NCBI GenBank assembly: GCA_963754315.1
Contig: CAVWFS010000019.1
Location: forward strand, 704,001-768,000
Length of the DNA stretch: 64,000 bases
Direction: 5' to 3'
Origin: an uncultured Candidatus Rokubacteria bacterium
GTDB taxonomy: Bacteria; Methylomirabilota; Methylomirabilia; Rokubacteriales; CSP1-6
Below, piece by piece: positions 61,292 to 64,000 of this stretch. Below the pieces are notes generated by a model, which was not told where the DNA came from, made no database searches, and was given only the letters and a program-made list of their open reading frames with translations. How positions within the stretch are numbered: the stretch's first letter is position 1; the number at the start of each line of letters is the position of its first letter. Made by a program: the position numbers and the translations under genes.

Positions 61292-63643
61292 TCACGCTGA
61301 CCGGTGGCGGAGCAGGTTGGCGAGGCGATCGGGGGTGAGAGGCAGGTCGCGGATCTCGAGGCCGAAGGAGGCGAGGGCGTCGGCGACGGCGTTGGCGACC
61401 GCGCCGGTGGCGCCGATGGTTCCTCCCTCCGCCATGCCTTTGAAGCCTGAGACGCTCACCGCGGGCGGCGTCTCCACGTGGATAAGAGTCATGGCCGGCA
61501 CCTCGCCGGCGCCCGGGATTATGTAATCCATGAAGCTCGTGGTAAGAGGCTGGCCCGTTTCGTCGTAGACGAAGTCTTCGTAGAGGGCATTGCCGATGCC
61601 CTGGGCCACCGCTCCCTGGAGCTGTCCTTCCACGATCATCGGATTGACCATCCGGCCGCAGTCTTCGACCACGACATAGCGCATGATCTCCACCTGACCT
61701 GTCTCGACATCCACCTCGACCATGGCCAGGTGCGTGCCGTTGGAGAAGGTGGCCGGAGGGGGGTCATAGTACTGAGTTGTTTCCAGGGCTGGATCCTCTC
61801 CCTCGGGCAGCGTCCCGCCCGCCGGATGATAGGCCAGACGCGCCACCTCGGTGACGGTAACGCTGCGGCCCGGCGCACCGCGCACCGCGATCGTTCCCGC
61901 GTCGATGACAAGATCAGTCGGTGCCGCCTCCAGCATGTGCCCCGCGATGCGCGCGATCTTGTCGCGAACGCGTCGGGCGGCAAGCACGAGCGCTCCTCCG
62001 CTCACCACAACGCTGCGGCTCGCGAAGGACCCGCTCCCGTACGGGCAGCGCTCGGTGTCGCCCTCGATGACCGTGACCGCCTCCAGGGCGACGCCCAGCT
62101 CGTCCGCGACGATTTGGGCCAGGGTGGTGGCGTGCCCCTGGCCCTGGGAGGCCGCGCTGACGAAGGCGCGCACCTCACCGGTCGGCTCGACGCGCACCGT
62201 TCCCGCGTCGTATCCCGAGACCTGGACCATGCCGCGACGTCGAAACATCCCCGAGCCCATGCCGGTGAACTCGGTGTAGGCGCAGAGGCCGATTCCCCGA
62301 TACCGTCCATTTGCACTGCGCTTCGGCCTCGGCCCGCAAATGGTCGTAGTCGGCCGCCTCGAGCGCACGCGCCAGTGAGGCAGCCGGATCGCCGCTGTCG
62401 AGGACAAGGCCGGTGAGTGGTGGCGAAAGGGCAGTTCGCGGGCATCGATGAAGTTGCGCCGCCGGACCTCGGCCGGATCGAGGCCCGTCCGCCGCGCCAC
62501 CATGTCGACGGCACGTTCGCGCACGAAGGTTCCCAGCGCCATCCCGACCCCCCGGTAGGCGCCGGTGGGGCACTTGTTCGTCGCCACCGCGTAGGTGTCG
62601 TAGGCGAGGGCGGGAATGCGATAGGGCCCCGGGAGGATGCCGGCCGCCGTGAGCGGTTCGAGCGACGAGGTGACGGGATACACGGAGTACGCGCCCGTAT
62701 CACAAATGAGGGTGGACCTGAGCGCGACGATCGTGCCATCCGGTCGGGCTCCAACCTCGATGTGGTTGACGTGGTCCCGCGCCTGCGTGCTCGCCAGGAG
62801 ATTCTCGCGACGATCCTCCAGCCACCGGAGGGGGCATCCCAGCCTCCGCGCGAGCGCCGCCACCACGATGTCCTCCGGATAGAGGTGCATCTTGGGGCCG
62901 AACCCGCCCCCGACGGCTGGGCACAGCACGCGCAGACGCGAGTCAGGCATGCCGAGTGCTTCTGCCAGTCCCGTGCGCAGCAGATGAGGCGTCTGAGTGG
63001 TAGCCCATACGGTCAAGCTGTCGTCGAGAGGGTCGAAGGCGGCCATGACACCCCGTCCCTCCATGGGGGCGGCGGTGCACCGCGCATGGCGGAACGTCTC
63101 TCGCAGTCGCACCTCCGCGGCCTCCAGCGCGAGGTTCACCTCTCCTTTCTCGTAGCGAGCGTGAAAGATGATGTTGTCGGCCAGCTCCTCGTGCAGGCGG
63201 GGTGCGTCCGCTCGCATACTGGCTTCGGCATCGACCACCGCCGCCAGCGGCTCATAGGTGACTCGAATCGCATCGAGGGCATCTTCTGCCAGGTAGCGGT
63301 CGCGGGCCACGACAGCAGCGACGGGCTCGCCCACGAAACGGACCTTGTCGAGGGCGAGCGGCGGCCACACGCTCTGCCTGTAACCAGGATCGTTCATCAC
63401 CGCTCGAATGGAGTGAATGCTGCTGCGAAGGTCGGCGCCGGTCACGACTGCCTCCACCCCCGGGATACGAAGGGCGCCGCTGGTGTCGATCGCCACCAGG
63501 CGGGCGTGAGCGTGGGGACTTCTCAGAAAGGCCACGACCCGCAGGCCGGGCACGCGCATGTCGCCCATGAACCGAGCCTGACCCTTCAGAAGCGGTGGGT
63601 CTTCCGTCCGCTTGACGTTGCTGCTCACGTAGCGAGTAGGCAT
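61292..63643 (-). CDS. Xanthine dehydrogenase/CoxL-family molybdopterin-binding large subunit (three +1 insertions in 62310-62430 that restore the frame)
   Basis: RSPHAHA, VGGGFGPK, AYRGVG, QGQGH.T, GSFASRS, KGMAEGG. Confidence 0.9.
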   Translation of the reverse strand: MPTRYVSSNVKRTEDPPLLKGQARFMGDMRVPGLRVVAFLRSPHAHARLVAIDTSGALRIPGVEAVVTGADLRSSIHSIRAVMNDPGYRQSVWPPLALDKVRFVGEPVAAVVARDRYLAEDALDAIRVTYEPLAAVVDAEASMRADAPRLHEELADNIIFHARYEKGEVNLALEAAEVRLRETFRHARCTAAPMEGRGVMAAFDPLDDSLTVWATTQTPHLLRTGLAEALGMPDSRLRVLCPAVGGGFGPKMHLYPEDIVVAALARRLGCPLRWLEDRRENLLASTQARDHVNHIEVGARPDGTIVALRSTLICDTGAYSVYPVTSSLEPLTAAGILPGPYRIPALAYDTYAVATNKCPTGAYRGVGMALGTFVRERAVDMVARRTGLDPAEVRRRNFIDARELPFRHHSPALSSTAAIRLPHWRVRSRRPTTTICGPRPKRSANGRYRGIGLCAYTEFTGMGSGMFRRRGMVQVSGYDAGTVRVEPTGEVRAFVSAASQGQGHATTLAQIVADELGVALEAVTVIEGDTERCPYGSGSFASRSVVVSGGALVLAARRVRDKIARIAGHMLEAAPTDLVIDAGTIAVRGAPGRSVTVTEVARLAYHPAGGTLPEGEDPALETTQYYDPPPATFSNGTHLAMVEVDVETGQVEIMRYVVVEDCGRMVNPMIVEGQLQGAVAQGIGNALYEDFVYDETGQPLTTSFMDYIIPGAGEVPAMTLIHVETPPAVSVSGFKGMAEGGTIGATGAVANAVADALASFGLEIRDLPLTPDRLANLLRHRSA

Positions 63644-63654
63644 CAGCAACTACG

Positions 63655-63745
63655 GCCCTTCGAGGACCGGCCTTACCGCGGCCGGTGAGCAACCGCGCAT
63701 CTTCCTTACGGAGGATCGATTTGCCGAAAGTCCGGAATCCGTCAC
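63655..63745 (-). pseudogene. Orphan N-terminal stub of a second CoxL-like gene
   Basis: FRTFGKSILRKEDARLLTGRG matches the CoxL N-terminal motif, then similarity stops. Confidence 0.55.
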
Positions 63746-64000
63746 GCGTAGTCTTTCCCGAGACGGAAGATGCGGGCGGCGTTCCCGCCGACGATGGCGG
63801 CCTGCGCCTCCGCAGCGAGGCCAGCCGCACGCACAATGGCGAGAGGCTCAGGATCGCCCAGCCAGAACGGATGGTCGCTGCCGAGCACGACACGGTCCTC
63901 GCCAACCGTCTGCACCAGATAGGCCAGCGCGGGAGGATGCTGCACGAGCGTGTCGTAGTAGAAACGCCGCAGGTAACTGCTCGGCAGCTGTGCGCCGTCG
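63742..64000 (-). CDS. 3' end of an amidohydrolase 2 family (ACMSD-like) protein, partial
   Basis: YLRRFYYDT, GEDRVVLGSDHPF, GGNAARIF. Confidence 0.85.
   Translation of the reverse strand, partial: DGAQLPSSYLRRFYYDTLVQHPPALAYLVQTVGEDRVVLGSDHPFWLGDPEPLAIVRAAGLAAEAQAAIVGGNAARIFRLGKDYA

Noticed and set aside
61292..63643. Aerobic CO dehydrogenase (form I coxL)
   Set aside because: Lacks the AYxCSFR Cu-binding loop

Overview
GC-rich bacterial chromosomal window, densely coding (about 60 genes), with no rRNA, tRNA, CRISPR or transposase that I can support. Gene content (Tat-exported solute-binding proteins, LLM oxidoreductases, TTT transporter, many Mo-enzyme genes) and a family of GC-rich double-hairpin intergenic repeats suggest a Candidatus Rokubacteria/Methylomirabilota-like organism; this is inference. 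About ten genes carry single-base frameshifts, nearly all +1 insertions, which looks like unpolished long-read error rather than decay. The strongest hidden signal is a selenium locus at 31.6-34.9 kb. It runs from a sigma70-like promoter through a long structured leader to a Cys-type selD, then a rhodanese-MoeB fusion and an FMN split-barrel gene. The MoeB has an in-frame TGA exactly at the conserved Cys (PS[U]SEAGVLG), followed by a SECIS-like hairpin, so it is probably a selenoprotein that the ORF track splits in two. Other notable items: a dispersed palindromic repeat family, one member apparently read in frame inside oppC; a 4x80-bp tandem array; a stand-alone DGQHR protein; a 6-GAF kinase feeding an orphan partner-switching module; an HtrA-like protein lacking its catalytic triad; an RND pump with two extra TM helices; a fluoroacetate-dehalogenase-like hydrolase; an HpsN-like HisD paralog; two gene remnants; and a recurring leaderless-promoter pattern.
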